Program-made: the position numbers and the translations under genes
Shown here: piece by piece, positions 16,640 to 27,195 of the stretch
Position numbering within the stretch: the first letter of the stretch is position 1
How the letters are laid out: each line of letters opens with the position of its first letter
The notes under the pieces: generated by a model
The model's database searches: none
Told to the model about the DNA's origin: nothing
The model's input: only the letters and a program-made list of their open reading frames with translations
Source: Ignavibacteria bacterium
Lineage (GTDB): Bacteria > Bacteroidota > Ignavibacteria > UBA10030 > UBA6906
Direction of reading: 5' to 3'
Length of the DNA stretch: 56,725 nucleotides
NCBI GenBank assembly: GCA_003251275.1
Contig: QKGJ01000404.1
Coordinates: forward strand, 1-56,725

Positions 16640-17515
16640 TTAACTCAGGACATCCTTCTTCACAAAAATATACCACGTTACAAGGTAAAATCCAACGCTG
16701 AACCCGGAAAGCCGCAGCAACGAAGAACCGATTTCGCCCCAACGAATCGGCATCTCGAAGGCTTGCATCCAGACGTTCATGTAGGTAGTGAAGAGATATG
16801 GTCGGACAGCCTGGACGCTTTCGATCGGAAGATTCGCAATGACAAAGAAAACAATAATAACCGCCATGGTCGCAATGATGGGACCAATCGCATTCTCCAC
16901 GAGGGAAGAGAAAAGAAAAGCCAGCGACGACACGCACCACATGCTCACTACCGCAAAACCAAAACCAAGCATCAACCTGGCAGGAACGGAAGCCGCAGGA
17001 ATAATGATGAACTCTTTTCCAACCACCAACAAATCTCCCGGACCGAACAAGATCAACCCCACTCCTACGCCAACTGCACCGAGAAAGATCACCAGGAGCG
17101 CAGCATACACCAACGTCGCCAGATATTTACTCAAGAGAATCCTCGACCGGGACGAGGGCCGTGTCAGAAGCAGGCGAACCGTGCCGGATGTGGCTTCACC
17201 GGCCAACTGATCACCGGCGACGAGAGCGATCAGAAAAGGAACATGCACCCAGAGACTCATCATGAGAGTGTAGGTGACCCAGTAGGCATTGAAGAGGTTT
17301 CCGATAAGAAGAAAATCGCGGGAAAGGTTGCGTGTCATGTTCTGCACCATGGTTCCGCCTTCCAACTTCAGTGCGACCTCCACCAGGGGAATGACGACGG
17401 CAAGGGTAATAAACCCGATATAGGTTCTCCACTTGAAGAATGTTTTGATCAGTTCGTGGCGGAGAAGAAGAAACAGAGAAGGCGGATGATATACTGCACG
17501 ATTCTCAATCGACAT
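16640..17515 (-). CDS. ABC-2 type transporter permease
   Basis: The track ORF is 315 aa, and the likely start is MSIENRAVYH, overlapping the ATPase stop by 11 nt. It has six predicted TM segments and is paired with the upstream ATPase. Confidence 0.78.
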   Translation of the reverse strand: MSIENRAVYHPPSLFLLLRHELIKTFFKWRTYIGFITLAVVIPLVEVALKLEGGTMVQNMTRNLSRDFLLIGNLFNAYWVTYTLMMSLWVHVPFLIALVAGDQLAGEATSGTVRLLLTRPSSRSRILLSKYLATLVYAALLVIFLGAVGVGVGLILFGPGDLLVVGKEFIIIPAASVPARLMLGFGFAVVSMWCVSSLAFLFSSLVENAIGPIIATMAVIIVFFVIANLPIESVQAVRPYLFTTYMNVWMQAFEMPIRWGEIGSSLLRLSGFSVGFYLVTWYIFVKKDVLS

Positions 17516-18431
17516 CGCTCGCCCCCTCGGTGATGGAAAGAAAGTACTGTTCCAGGGAACGAAGAGGGGTGATCGTGGCAATTTCAATTCCTGATTTCAT
17601 CAGCATCGAGGAGAGGAGTGAGGAATCCGTATTGCCAATCGTCACCTGCAACTCGTCACCCTGCGCAACAACCCTTTTGACAAACGAAAGCCGGGCGAGA
17701 ACGCGTTTTGTGTAATCCATCGGACGGGCAATGAGGCGGACGACCGTATCGCCGTCGTTCAGCAACTCCCCCACTTTTCCCTGCACAATAATTTCTCCGC
17801 GGTGGATGACCGCCATGTTCGTCGCCACCTGCTCGATTTCGCTGAGAAGGTGAGACGAGAGGAACACGGTGATGCCGCGTTCCGCGGAGAGCCGACCGAT
17901 CAGTTCGCGAACCTCTTTGATCCCCTGCGGATCAAGCCCGGTCGTTGGTTCATCCAGAACAATAAACTCCGGCTGCCGCAGCAAGGCCTGAGCAATGCCC
18001 AGTCGTTGCTTCATGCCATGTGAATAAGTCTTGACCCTGTCGTCCGCCCTCTTCGCGAGTCCGACAAGATGAAGAACTTCATCGATTTCCTTTTTGGAAA
18101 TATTTCCACCAAGAGCAGCGATCGATTCAAGGTTACGGCGCCCGGACAGATACAGATAGAAGTCCGCCCGCTCCACCAGGCCCCCGAGACGCGACAAAAC
18201 ATCCGCACGATGCATCAACACATTCTTCTGAAAGAACTCCACCCGGCCCGTCGTCGGACGGATGAGCGTCAGCAGCATTCTGATAGTTGTGCTTTTCCCC
18301 GCTCCGTTTGGCCCGAGGAACCCGAATATTTCTCCGCGGTGGACAAGAAGATTCGCCTCTCGCACAGCCCATCGGTGGCGATACTTCTTGCCAAGATTAA
18401 ACGTCTGGAGAACGATTTCGGAAGACATCAT
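17505..18431 (-). CDS. ABC transporter ATP-binding protein (ABC-2/CcmA type)
   Basis: Track ORF of 308 aa. It has Walker A GPNGAGKST, the signature YSHGMKQRL, Walker B FIVLDEPTTGLD and an H-loop SSHLL. Confidence 0.92.
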   Translation of the reverse strand: MMSSEIVLQTFNLGKKYRHRWAVREANLLVHRGEIFGFLGPNGAGKSTTIRMLLTLIRPTTGRVEFFQKNVLMHRADVLSRLGGLVERADFYLYLSGRRNLESIAALGGNISKKEIDEVLHLVGLAKRADDRVKTYSHGMKQRLGIAQALLRQPEFIVLDEPTTGLDPQGIKEVRELIGRLSAERGITVFLSSHLLSEIEQVATNMAVIHRGEIIVQGKVGELLNDGDTVVRLIARPMDYTKRVLARLSFVKRVVAQGDELQVTIGNTDSSLLSSMLMKSGIEIATITPLRSLEQYFLSITEGASDVD

Positions 18432-18601
18432 TTTGGGGATGTGGGTGGAATACGTTTGTATATATCACGAAATGCCGAGAACCGCAACACATATTGCTTC
18501 TCCAGCGTGATTTCTCTATCATACTTTGTACCACGAGTGACAATGAGAACGCAACACCTCAATTACCGGAATCCTCATACCTCTCCGGGCATATAAGCCG
18601 C

Positions 18602-20332
18602 ATGGCCAAGAAACGCATAGCGCGCCAAAAATCATCACGGAGATCCTCTATTCGTCGCGGGGCTACATCGTCTGCAGGCGGAACGCGCAAGCGTCAAAGG
18701 TCGCTCAATGGCATCGATCGAGTCCGACAGAATATTCTCTTTACAGACGTAAAGGAAAAGGCTCTCGACGCCGTCATGCCTAAACTCACAGAAGTTCATT
18801 ACAAGCCCGGCGAGATCATTTTTGATGAGTCAACTCTCGGTCGATCGCTCTACCTCATTGCTAAGGGAAGAATACGCATCAAGAAGTACACGAAGTATGG
18901 AATCGAAACCAGATTAGCAATTCTGCGTGAGAACGATTTCTTTGGTGAGCTATCTATTATTGACGGGCAGGTGCGATCAGCAAGGGCCGATGCCATTGAA
19001 GACTGCATCATTATGGAAATGAGCGGAGACGATTTCCGCCACCTGGTGAACACGAGCCCCGCCTTCGCGATGAATTTGATGAAGAAGCTCTCGTTCAGCC
19101 TTCGAGCGATGGATCAAACATTCGTTGCCGAACTCGAGAAAAACTCTCTGTCTGCAAAGATCAAGATGGATCGCCTGAACTTGCTGGTGGAAGCAAGCAA
19201 GACTGTGAACTCAACTATTGACATCGACAAACTGCTTGGACTGATTCTTGGTGCGGCAACGCGCAGCGTTGATGCAGACAGGGGAACGCTGTACCTGATC
19301 GATGAAGCGGCAGGAGAAATCTGGTCGAAGATGACACAAGGAAAGAGCACTGTAGAAATCCGGCTTCCCATCGGAAAAGGCCTGGCCGGATATGTTGCCA
19401 AGACCGGCGAGACCATCAACATCGCCGATGCATACAAGGATCCCCGCTTCAATCCCGAAATCGACAAGCGAAGCGGTTACCGCACACACAACGTCCTTAC
19501 AATTCCAATGCGTGACAAGGAAGGAAAGATCGTTGGCGTCTTTCAATTCCTCAATAAGAAAACGGGCGCCTTCACGGAGGACGATGAGGCATTCATCGAT
19601 GCGCTCTCTGTGCATGCTGCAATCGCTGTCGAAAACGCATGGCTTGCGCAAGAGATGGTAAAAGGTGAACGTCTGAGCGCGGTGGGAAGAATGGCGAGTA
19701 CGATCATTCATGATATCAAGAACCCGATGAGCACCCTTCGCCTCTATGCACAGGTCATCAAGAAGCGATCGGGCAACGAGGAAGCATCGAGGATGGCGGA
19801 AGAAATCATCCGGCAGGTGGACCGGTTCGTGAATATGACCCAGGAAATTCTCGACTTTTCACGCGGCATAAGCGAAATACATTTGCAGGACACCGACGTT
19901 GGCGTGTTAATGGACACGGCTCTTCGGTTCATCGAGCAGGACCTGAATAAAAAGAAGGTCAAACTTGAGCGGAAGCTCAATTATGCCGGCAATTGCCTGC
20001 TTGATCTTGACAAGATGGTGCGTGTTTTCTACAATCTCGCCACCAATGCCGCCGACGCGATGCCTCACGGCGGAACGCTCACAGTCGGCACAGAGCAACA
20101 GGACGGTCATCTTGTTATCACCTTTTCCGATACCGGAGAAGGAATCTCGGATGAAATCAGGGCAAAAATCTTCGAACCGTTCGTTACGTACGGTAAGAAA
20201 CATGGCACCGGACTGGGCCTCTCCATCGTGAAGAAGATCATTCAGGATCACAAGGGCACGATCCAAGTCTCAACGGAGAGAGACAAGGGCACAACGTTCA
20301 CGCTGAACCTGCCTCTTAAAGGACCGTCGTAG
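18602..20332 (+). CDS. Soluble sensor histidine kinase: Arg/Ser-rich tail, cNMP-binding domain, GAF domain, HisKA and HATPase_c
   Basis: The track ORF begins at 18494, and the likely start is [10 protein letters not shown]. The cNMP-binding region shows [18 protein letters not shown]. The GAF domain shows RGTLYLID...[10 protein letters not shown]...DPRFN. The H-box reads [10 protein letters not shown], followed by the N box [10 protein letters not shown] and G boxes DTGEGIS and GTGLGLSIV. Confidence 0.85.
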   Translation: MAKKRIARQKSSRRSSIRRGATSSAGGTRKRQRSLNGIDRVRQNILFTDVKEKALDAVMPKLTEVHYKPGEIIFDESTLGRSLYLIAKGRIRIKKYTKYGIETRLAILRENDFFGELSIIDGQVRSARADAIEDCIIMEMSGDDFRHLVNTSPAFAMNLMKKLSFSLRAMDQTFVAELEKNSLSAKIKMDRLNLLVEASKTVNSTIDIDKLLGLILGAATRSVDADRGTLYLIDEAAGEIWSKMTQGKSTVEIRLPIGKGLAGYVAKTGETINIADAYKDPRFNPEIDKRSGYRTHNVLTIPMRDKEGKIVGVFQFLNKKTGAFTEDDEAFIDALSVHAAIAVENAWLAQEMVKGERLSAVGRMASTIIHDIKNPMSTLRLYAQVIKKRSGNEEASRMAEEIIRQVDRFVNMTQEILDFSRGISEIHLQDTDVGVLMDTALRFIEQDLNKKKVKLERKLNYAGNCLLDLDKMVRVFYNLATNAADAMPHGGTLTVGTEQQDGHLVITFSDTGEGISDEIRAKIFEPFVTYGKKHGTGLGLSIVKKIIQDHKGTIQVSTERDKGTTFTLNLPLKGPS

Positions 20333-20416
20333 TATTTATTTGACGAACGAACCTATTCCAAATCCAGCCCGCCGATTACTGATCGACCCTTAGGCCATTT
20401 CCACCTCTCACTTTCA

Positions 20417-20447
20417 TTGATTCTCAACGCCATTCTTCGTAACTTTG
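20417..20447 (+). promoter_or_regulatory. Candidate glgA promoter (TTGATT-N17-TAACTTTG)
   Basis: TTGATT lies at 20417-20422, followed by a 17-nt spacer and TAACTT at 20440-20445. Extended to TAACTTTG, this also fits the Bacteroidetes-type TAnnTTTG -7 element. It sits 47 nt upstream of the ATG. Confidence 0.35.
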
Positions 20448-20493
20448 AACGCGTTTTTTCAACTCCATCCTGTTTGTATCACCCCGGATTGGC

Positions 20494-21978
20494 ATGGCAA
20501 AGCAGTTACAGGTATTGTTTTTATCTAGTGAAGTAGAGCCTTTTGCCAAAACCGGCGGTCTCGCAGATGTTGCCGGTGCACTTCCCAAATTTATCAAAGG
20601 TCTTGACCACGAAATCCGTGTGATGATGCCACGCTACGGCAGCATCAATGACCGGACCGCGCGATTGCATGACATGTCCCGGCTGAGCGACATCCGGATT
20701 CCCGTCGGGACGCAAGAACACAAGGGAAGCGTGCAGTCTTCGTTTCTTTCCAATGGCCACGGGAAAGTCCAGGTCTACTTTCTGAGCAACCCCGATTTCT
20801 TCGGACGCAAAGGGATATACGTGCACCCGGAAACCGGGAAAGAATTTTCCGATAACGACGACCGTTTTATCTTCTTTTGTCGGGGAGTATTGGAGACTCT
20901 CAAAGCCCTTGCCTGGCAGCCCGATGTTATTCATTGCAATGACTGGCATACGGGACTTGTCCCCGCGTACCTGAAGACGATTTATAAAGACGATCCGTTC
21001 TACAAAGGCACTAAAACACTCTTCACCATCCACAACATGGCGTACCAGGGAGTATTCCCGAAGCAGAGCTTTGTAAAGACCCTGTTGCCGGAGGAATTCA
21101 GCAACGATAAAGGAATAGCGCAAAACGGATCGATCAATATGTTGAAAGCCGGACTCCTCTTCGCCGATGGCATCAATACCGTCAGTGAAACATATGCGGA
21201 GGAAATTGCCTCTTCGCCTGAGTTCGGATTTGGTCTTGAGGACTTGATAAAGAAGCGGAAGGCTGACGTCGGGGGAATTTTGAACGGCGCAGACTATCAT
21301 CTCTGGAACCCCGAAGTTGATCCATACATACCGCACAAGTATGACAGCAGCACCATTGAGGTGAAGAAACAGAACACTGCGGCATTGCGGAAACACATGG
21401 GACTTTCCGAGATGGAAAATACTCCGGTCATCGGAATCGTCTCGCGTCTCGCAGAACAGAAAGGGATTGACCTCCTCTGTGAGGCCATGGACGACATTAT
21501 GGCGCTCGGCATCCAGATGGTCGTACTAGGCGTGGGGCCGAAGGAATTCTCAAAACCGTTGGAAAGTGCTGCACGCAAGTATAAGGGACGAATTGCCGTC
21601 GACGGTTCATTCAACGAGCCGCTGGCTCACCTCATCGAGGCGGGAAGCGATATGTTCTTGATGCCGTCCCGGTACGAGCCTTGTGGACTCAACCAGATGT
21701 ACAGCATGCGCTACGGGACGGTCCCGATTGCGCGGGCAACGGGAGGACTGGAAGACACCATTGAAGAATTTTCCCCCGAAAAGAAGACCGGAACGGGTTT
21801 CAAGTTCATTGCGTTTGAGAAACGTGAGCTGATAAAAGCGATACAACGGGCAGTCAAGACTTACGCCGACCCCGATGCATGGCGGGCGCTTATGCTGAAT
21901 GGCATGGGAAAGGATTTTTCCTGGGAGGAGTCGGCAAAGAAATACGTTCAGCTGTACCGAACACTGGAGCGGCGGTGA
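20494..21978 (+). CDS. glgA: Glycogen (starch) synthase, ADP-glucose type
   Basis: Track ORF of 494 aa. It has the N-terminal SSEVEPFAKTGGLADVAGALPK, then HCNDWHTGL, and a C-terminal PSRYEPCGLNQMY...GGLEDT. Confidence 0.93.
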   Translation: MAKQLQVLFLSSEVEPFAKTGGLADVAGALPKFIKGLDHEIRVMMPRYGSINDRTARLHDMSRLSDIRIPVGTQEHKGSVQSSFLSNGHGKVQVYFLSNPDFFGRKGIYVHPETGKEFSDNDDRFIFFCRGVLETLKALAWQPDVIHCNDWHTGLVPAYLKTIYKDDPFYKGTKTLFTIHNMAYQGVFPKQSFVKTLLPEEFSNDKGIAQNGSINMLKAGLLFADGINTVSETYAEEIASSPEFGFGLEDLIKKRKADVGGILNGADYHLWNPEVDPYIPHKYDSSTIEVKKQNTAALRKHMGLSEMENTPVIGIVSRLAEQKGIDLLCEAMDDIMALGIQMVVLGVGPKEFSKPLESAARKYKGRIAVDGSFNEPLAHLIEAGSDMFLMPSRYEPCGLNQMYSMRYGTVPIARATGGLEDTIEEFSPEKKTGTGFKFIAFEKRELIKAIQRAVKTYADPDAWRALMLNGMGKDFSWEESAKKYVQLYRTLERR

Positions 21979-22565
21979 CGCGGAGAGGAGTGTTCCTTGA
22001 CCGCGACGGAACCATCAATGAAGAGGTGGATTTTCTTCGAACACCGGAAGAGCTTGTTCTCATTCCGGGTGCGGCCTCCGGGATCCGGAAGCTGAACGAC
22101 CGGGGAATTGTCACCTGCGTCATCTCAAACCAATCAGGTGTGGCGCGGGGATTCCTGCAGGAAAACGATCTCCTCCCAATCCATACAAAATTGCAGCAGT
22201 TGCTGCAGGACGAAGGGGGAGCGACTGTCAATCGTATTTATTATTGCCCACACCATCCCACCGCAGGAATCGCACCCTATAACATTGTCTGCGACTGCCG
22301 CAAGCCGGGAGCGGGAATGTTGCGACGCGGTGAACGGGAACTGGACGTTGTTCTTGACCAATCGTTTGTTGTGGGAGATAGGATTGTCGATATTCAGGCG
22401 GGCAAGTCGGTGGGAGCAACAACATTGCTGGTGCTGACCGGATACGGCCGACAGTCGGTAGAAGAGTGCCGCGCAGCCAATGTTGAACCTGATCATATTG
22501 TTCCATCGCTTCCCCAGGCTGTTGATCGTATTCTCGAAGTAGTTGATAAAGGAGAAACAATTTAG
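21975..22565 (+). CDS. gmhB: D-glycero-D-manno-heptose 1,7-bisphosphate phosphatase-like HAD-IIIA hydrolase
   Basis: It lies in frame with track ORF 21879. The proposed GTG start at 21975 overlaps the glgA TGA (GTGA). Motifs seen are FLDRDGTINEE, VISNQSGVARG, YYCPHHP...CDCRKPG and VGDRIVDIQAG. Confidence 0.78.
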   Translation: MTRRGVFLDRDGTINEEVDFLRTPEELVLIPGAASGIRKLNDRGIVTCVISNQSGVARGFLQENDLLPIHTKLQQLLQDEGGATVNRIYYCPHHPTAGIAPYNIVCDCRKPGAGMLRRGERELDVVLDQSFVVGDRIVDIQAGKSVGATTLLVLTGYGRQSVEECRAANVEPDHIVPSLPQAVDRILEVVDKGETI

Positions 22566-22567
22566 GA

Positions 22568-23758
22568 ATGAGTCAAAACCAATTTTTCAAGAAATCGTCG
22601 GTCGCCGGCGCATGTTTTGCATTCGTGATTACTCTTGTGATTGCATCGGGATGCACGGAGGATCCCACCGCAGAATCGCTCCTTGGTTCGCAGCTCATTA
22701 CCACAAGGGTTGCACTTGCAGAGACAACGATTACCGCGGCGGGAACGCTGACCAAAAAGCGCCCCATCCCGATGAACAGCGCGACAAACCTCGTCGGCAA
22801 GTTTGGCGGCTATCTTGCATATTCTCCCATCCGTTTTGCGCCCGTGGTCAATGATACGGTCGATGTGGTTGCCGCAGGTGTGCGGTTGAAGCTTACGTCG
22901 CGGTTTGGTAATCTCTCCGGACCGTTCAATCTGAATGTCCACAAGATTCTCAAGGACTGGCGTGAAGATACGCTGACATGGAGAGGCGTAACATCTGATT
23001 TCTATGCCCCGGTCTCCATTGGCTCCCTGACCGTGACTGCTGCTGCCGACACCGAAGAAGTGTATGTGACAATCACCGACACGACCCTGATCAGAAACTG
23101 GTTACAGGGAACAGGAGATCCAAACTACGGACTGCTCCTTTTTCCGGATCCGTCGTGCGATGTTGTGCGTGGATTTGAGGCCCTGAACTTCTTTCCCGAC
23201 TCCGCCACCATCCCTCCAACCCTCCAGATTGAAACGCGAGGTCCCTCCGGAGCGATGGACACGCTGAAGTATGCGCCCATTTGGGACACGTTCGTAGGGA
23301 ACATCGATGGATTTGATGCAGACTCCACCCGGGTCACGGTCCAGGCAGGAGTAGTTTACACGGGCATCTTCAAGTTTGATGTTTCATTTCTGCCCCAGGG
23401 CAGCATTATCACGTCGGCTAACATGCTCCTCCATCTCGACGATGCAGCAACTCTCCTGGGAAGTCCGTCAACGGAAAAGGTCGTCGCATCCCGGGTGATC
23501 CTCTCTCCGTCCGATACATTGCTCTTGGAGTCAACCTTTACTCGAGGAGAAGTGAGAGGGAGCGATCCAAACGAGTTTTCCTTCGACGCCCGACATGCAA
23601 CACAGTTCTGGGCAACCGGTACGAATTATGGGGTCGGCGTTACCGCCCTCCCCGCCAAGGAGTTCAGCAGCTTTGACCGGTTTGTCTTCTTTAACAACAT
23701 TGCGCCCGATGCGATGAAACCAAAACTGAAAATCGTTTATGGAGTTGTACAGAATTAG
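22568..23758 (+). CDS. Hypothetical lipoprotein
   Basis: Track ORF of 396 aa with a lipobox VIASGC. The segment KILKDWREDTLTWRGV resembles the W-x-E-x-x-TW motif of DNRLRE/DUF4270-type surface proteins. The function is unknown. Confidence 0.65.
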   Translation: MSQNQFFKKSSVAGACFAFVITLVIASGCTEDPTAESLLGSQLITTRVALAETTITAAGTLTKKRPIPMNSATNLVGKFGGYLAYSPIRFAPVVNDTVDVVAAGVRLKLTSRFGNLSGPFNLNVHKILKDWREDTLTWRGVTSDFYAPVSIGSLTVTAAADTEEVYVTITDTTLIRNWLQGTGDPNYGLLLFPDPSCDVVRGFEALNFFPDSATIPPTLQIETRGPSGAMDTLKYAPIWDTFVGNIDGFDADSTRVTVQAGVVYTGIFKFDVSFLPQGSIITSANMLLHLDDAATLLGSPSTEKVVASRVILSPSDTLLLESTFTRGEVRGSDPNEFSFDARHATQFWATGTNYGVGVTALPAKEFSSFDRFVFFNNIAPDAMKPKLKIVYGVVQN

Positions 23759-23767
23759 GAGTATGGT

Positions 23768-25009
23768 GTGAGATATCTGCTTGTCGCGATCCTGATTTTT
23801 CTTTTTCCCTTCCCGGCTGCGTCGCAGGAAGGACCATCCGTCTATTCCCTTATTGGGGTTGGGGATACTCAACGTGGTTTGGGGGTCCGATCAGCAGGCA
23901 TGGGATATACGGGTATCGGTTTCCAAACAGGTAATTCCATTCCTTCGCTTGTTCCTGCTGCCTGGGCGAAAATAACACGGACGCAGATTGAAGGCTCCTA
24001 TCTCTTCGAGCTTTTTGGTTCGAAGGATGTTTCATTGTACACTGCCCGCAGCCGAGATCAGTTTAACGGCGGCGCGCTTTCGTTTCCTCTCTCTCCCGAA
24101 AGGGGACTCACGCTCGCCCTCGGGTTCGTTCCCTATAGCAATGTCGGGTACGACATCACGACAAACGATTCGCAGCTCGGGATCGACTACAAAGTCCGAA
24201 GTACCGGCGACGGCGGTCTCACAACAGGATTCGCAGGTGCGTCCTTCAAACCAGCTGATGAACTTGCGATCGGCTTTGCATTCAATTTGTATTTCGGATC
24301 AATCAACGAGGGAAGAAGTTTTTCTCCGCTGAACGACACGCTTGGATCGGGCTCGGTGAGCAGGGAAATTACCATGCGGGGCCCGGGGGTTACCATCGGC
24401 GCGATGCTTACCTCTCTCGGCGTGGTTCACGAATCTCTTACGCCTTTCTCTGTTGGATTCACCCTTTCCACCCGCTCCAAACTCAGCACGACAGACCGCA
24501 CAACGTTTGATTTTGTCCAGGAGCGGGATACCACGGTCGAAGTGGAGGGTGCGATTTCTCTTCCCTTCTCGTTCGGTGCCGGCATCGGGTATAAGCCAGG
24601 CGAACGTTACCAACTTGCCATGGACTACACGGCACAGTTGTGGAGTGGCGCCGATCTTCCCGGACTGCGCCAGAAGGAATTGCGTGACAGCTACCGTTTC
24701 AGCGTTGGCGCCGAACGCACGGGGAAACGTGATGTCTTTGCCTCGTGGTTTGACAACCTCACCTACAGGCTTGGAGCGTACTACGAAGCCACAAATTACT
24801 TTACCAACGGACTGGGCATCGATCAATGGGGAATTACCGGCGGACTCGGGATTAACCTCGGCAATGAGAACAGAATCGATGTCGCCCTCGAGTATGCCCA
24901 GCGAGGGACACTCCGGAATAACCTTGTCAAGGATAACATCCTTCGCCTTTCCGTTGCCGTGAACATTGGCGAGTTGTGGTTTGTACGCTATGACCCGGAA
25001 GACGAGTAG
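23768..25009 (+). CDS. Putative outer-membrane beta-barrel protein (porin/FadL-like), GTG start
   Basis: Track ORF of 413 aa with a signal peptide (LFPFPAASQ). It shows an alternating amphipathic beta-strand pattern with frequent G/Y/F/S residues. The start is 10 nt after the preceding lipoprotein gene. Confidence 0.6.
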   Translation: MRYLLVAILIFLFPFPAASQEGPSVYSLIGVGDTQRGLGVRSAGMGYTGIGFQTGNSIPSLVPAAWAKITRTQIEGSYLFELFGSKDVSLYTARSRDQFNGGALSFPLSPERGLTLALGFVPYSNVGYDITTNDSQLGIDYKVRSTGDGGLTTGFAGASFKPADELAIGFAFNLYFGSINEGRSFSPLNDTLGSGSVSREITMRGPGVTIGAMLTSLGVVHESLTPFSVGFTLSTRSKLSTTDRTTFDFVQERDTTVEVEGAISLPFSFGAGIGYKPGERYQLAMDYTAQLWSGADLPGLRQKELRDSYRFSVGAERTGKRDVFASWFDNLTYRLGAYYEATNYFTNGLGIDQWGITGGLGINLGNENRIDVALEYAQRGTLRNNLVKDNILRLSVAVNIGELWFVRYDPEDE

Positions 25010-25039
25010 GCTCACTTTCTGATTCGCGGAAATTACCTC

Positions 25040-26338
25040 ATGCAACACTTACAACAATACGATCCTGAAACCTTCCAGGCGGTAAGAAACGAGATCAGGC
25101 GTCAGCATTCCAAATTGGAACTTATCGCTTCGGAGAACTTTGTCAGTCGCGCTGTGCTTGATGCCGTTGGAACCCCCCTCACCAACAAGTACGCAGAGGG
25201 ATATCCGGGCAAGCGGTATTACGGAGGCTGCGAGTACGTTGACGTTGTTGAGGACCTGGCGCGCGATCGTGCAAAGCAACTCTTCGGCGCCGCATACGCC
25301 AACGTGCAACCCCACTCGGGTTCACAGGCGAACATGGCGGTGTATTTCACTTTGGTGAAGCCCGGGGACAAGATCGTCGGAATGAATCTGTCGCACGGCG
25401 GTCATCTCACACACGGATCGCCTGTAAATTTTTCGGGACAGCTGTATGACTTTACCCCGTACGGCGTCAAACGGGAGACAGGCATTATCGACTACGACGA
25501 AGTCGAGCGAGTGGTAATCAAAGAAAAACCGAAGATGATCACTGTTGGGGCGAGTGCGTACTCACGCAACATCGATTATGCAGCGTTTCGTGCTATTGCG
25601 GACAAAGTTGGCGCGCTTCTCTTTGCCGACATCGCACACCCGGCGGGTCTCATCGCGAAGAAACTTCTCAACGATCCTCTTCCCCATTGTCACGTTGTTA
25701 CTTCCACCACACACAAAACACTGCGAGGTCCCCGCGGCGGTCTTATTCTGATGGGGAAAGACTTCGAGAACCCCTTCGGCATCGTTGCCCCAAAATCGGG
25801 CCGAACAAAAATGATGTCGGAGCTGTTGGATTCGATGGTCATCCCGGGCATTCAAGGCGGTCCGCTGATGCATGTGATCGCCGGGAAGGCAGTTGCGTTC
25901 AAAGAAGCTCTGCAGCCTGACTTTGAAACATATGGCAAGCAGGTAATTGCAAACGCACAGGCGCTCGCACAAACATTGCAGTCGCTGGGCTATAACGTGA
26001 TCTCCGGCGGTACAGACAACCATCTCATGCTTGTGGATCTGCGCAACAGAAACATGACCGGGAAGGACGCCCAGGAGGCATTAGACGAAGCGGGTATTAC
26101 GGTAAATAAGAACGGCGTACCGTTCGACGACAAGTCGCCGCTCATCACCAGTGGGATCCGGATCGGAACTCCGGCATTGACTACCCGTGGCATGAAGCAG
26201 GACGAAATGAAATGCATTGGGGGGCTAATTCATCGAGTACTATCGAATACGGGAAACGAAGCAGAATACCGCAAGGTTTCTGCTGACGTTGAAGAGCTTG
26301 GCAATAAGTTTCCTCTCTATCCAGAACTTCAGGGATAG
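25040..26338 (+). CDS. glyA: Serine hydroxymethyltransferase
   Basis: Track ORF of 432 aa. Motifs seen are [35 protein letters not shown] and [14 protein letters not shown] (the PLP lysine). Confidence 0.95.
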   Translation: MQHLQQYDPETFQAVRNEIRRQHSKLELIASENFVSRAVLDAVGTPLTNKYAEGYPGKRYYGGCEYVDVVEDLARDRAKQLFGAAYANVQPHSGSQANMAVYFTLVKPGDKIVGMNLSHGGHLTHGSPVNFSGQLYDFTPYGVKRETGIIDYDEVERVVIKEKPKMITVGASAYSRNIDYAAFRAIADKVGALLFADIAHPAGLIAKKLLNDPLPHCHVVTSTTHKTLRGPRGGLILMGKDFENPFGIVAPKSGRTKMMSELLDSMVIPGIQGGPLMHVIAGKAVAFKEALQPDFETYGKQVIANAQALAQTLQSLGYNVISGGTDNHLMLVDLRNRNMTGKDAQEALDEAGITVNKNGVPFDDKSPLITSGIRIGTPALTTRGMKQDEMKCIGGLIHRVLSNTGNEAEYRKVSADVEELGNKFPLYPELQG

Positions 26339-26359
26339 GCGCAAGGAAGTGCCCATACC

Positions 26360-27190
26360 ATGGCAGCCGACAAACAACGTTCGATCGCTGACGACCCTGA
26401 AACAGAAGAAAAGCCTGACGCCGGCGGCGGGCCCGAGATGCCGTTTCTTGGTCATCTCGAAGAACTTCGCTGGCGTATCATTTGGATGGTTCTCGGCATT
26501 GTTGCAGGCGCAATCGCCTGCGGCATTACGATCGATTGGCTGATCAACGAAATTCTCCTCCTGCCCATTATCGACGTGAATCACAATCTCCAACCCGGTC
26601 AGCAGCCAATTCATTTGCAGAACCTCAAACCATTCGGTCAGGTATTTCTCTACATGCAGGTGGCCCTGGTGGGTGGTGTGATTCTCAGCCTCCCCAACGT
26701 GTTCTGGCAGTTGTGGCGGTTCATTTCACCCGGTCTTCTTCCAAAGGAACGGAAGTACATATCCTGGATCGTGTTCTTTTCCACTTTTTGTTTTCTGGCG
26801 GGAGTGGCGTTTGCGTATTTCGTGATGCTGCCGGCGGCGCTGACGTTTTTCGCCGGTTTTGGAACAAGCGAGATCGAAAACAATATCGCTATCAATGAAT
26901 ACATGAGTTTCGTGATCAGCATGATTCTTGGTGCCGGGATTGTGTTTGAGTTGCCGATGGTCTCGTGGTTCCTTTCGAAGCTCGGAATCCTGACACCGGC
27001 GTTTATGCGACACTATCGGCGTCATGCGATTGTCGTGATTCTGTTCCTTGCCGCAATCCTGACTCCCGGGACCGATCCTGTGAGCCAGATTCTTCTCGCC
27101 ATCCCACTATTACTCCTGTACGAACTGAGTATCGGGATCTCGGCGATTGCCTGGAGGAAGAAGAAATCTTCTGAAGAGGAAAGGTCCTAA
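26360..27190 (+). CDS. tatC: Twin-arginine translocase subunit TatC
   Basis: Track ORF of 276 aa. It has FLGHLEELRWR, six TM helices, WRFISPGLLPKERK and TPGTDPVSQ. Confidence 0.9.
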   Translation: MAADKQRSIADDPETEEKPDAGGGPEMPFLGHLEELRWRIIWMVLGIVAGAIACGITIDWLINEILLLPIIDVNHNLQPGQQPIHLQNLKPFGQVFLYMQVALVGGVILSLPNVFWQLWRFISPGLLPKERKYISWIVFFSTFCFLAGVAFAYFVMLPAALTFFAGFGTSEIENNIAINEYMSFVISMILGAGIVFELPMVSWFLSKLGILTPAFMRHYRRHAIVVILFLAAILTPGTDPVSQILLAIPLLLLYELSIGISAIAWRKKKSSEEERS

Positions 27191-27195
27191 CACTG

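Noticed and set aside
16577-17533. A 318-aa forward-strand ORF rich in His/Arg/Lys/Gln.
   Set aside because: It lies entirely antisense to the well-supported ABC-2 permease gene. It has low-complexity composition, no recognisable motif and no RBS, so I read it as a shadow ORF.
20521-21396. Long antisense ORFs opposite strongly supported genes: 20521-21396, 24299-25048, 31081-31833, 32732-33490, 35867-36535, 37904-38587, 44536-45309 and 55880-56452.
   Set aside because: Each is fully nested opposite a gene with clear family motifs (glgA, the barrel protein, the oxoamine synthase, the SDR, argB, argG, NmrA, FG-GAP). None shows domain signatures. This is the typical codon-bias shadow-frame pattern.
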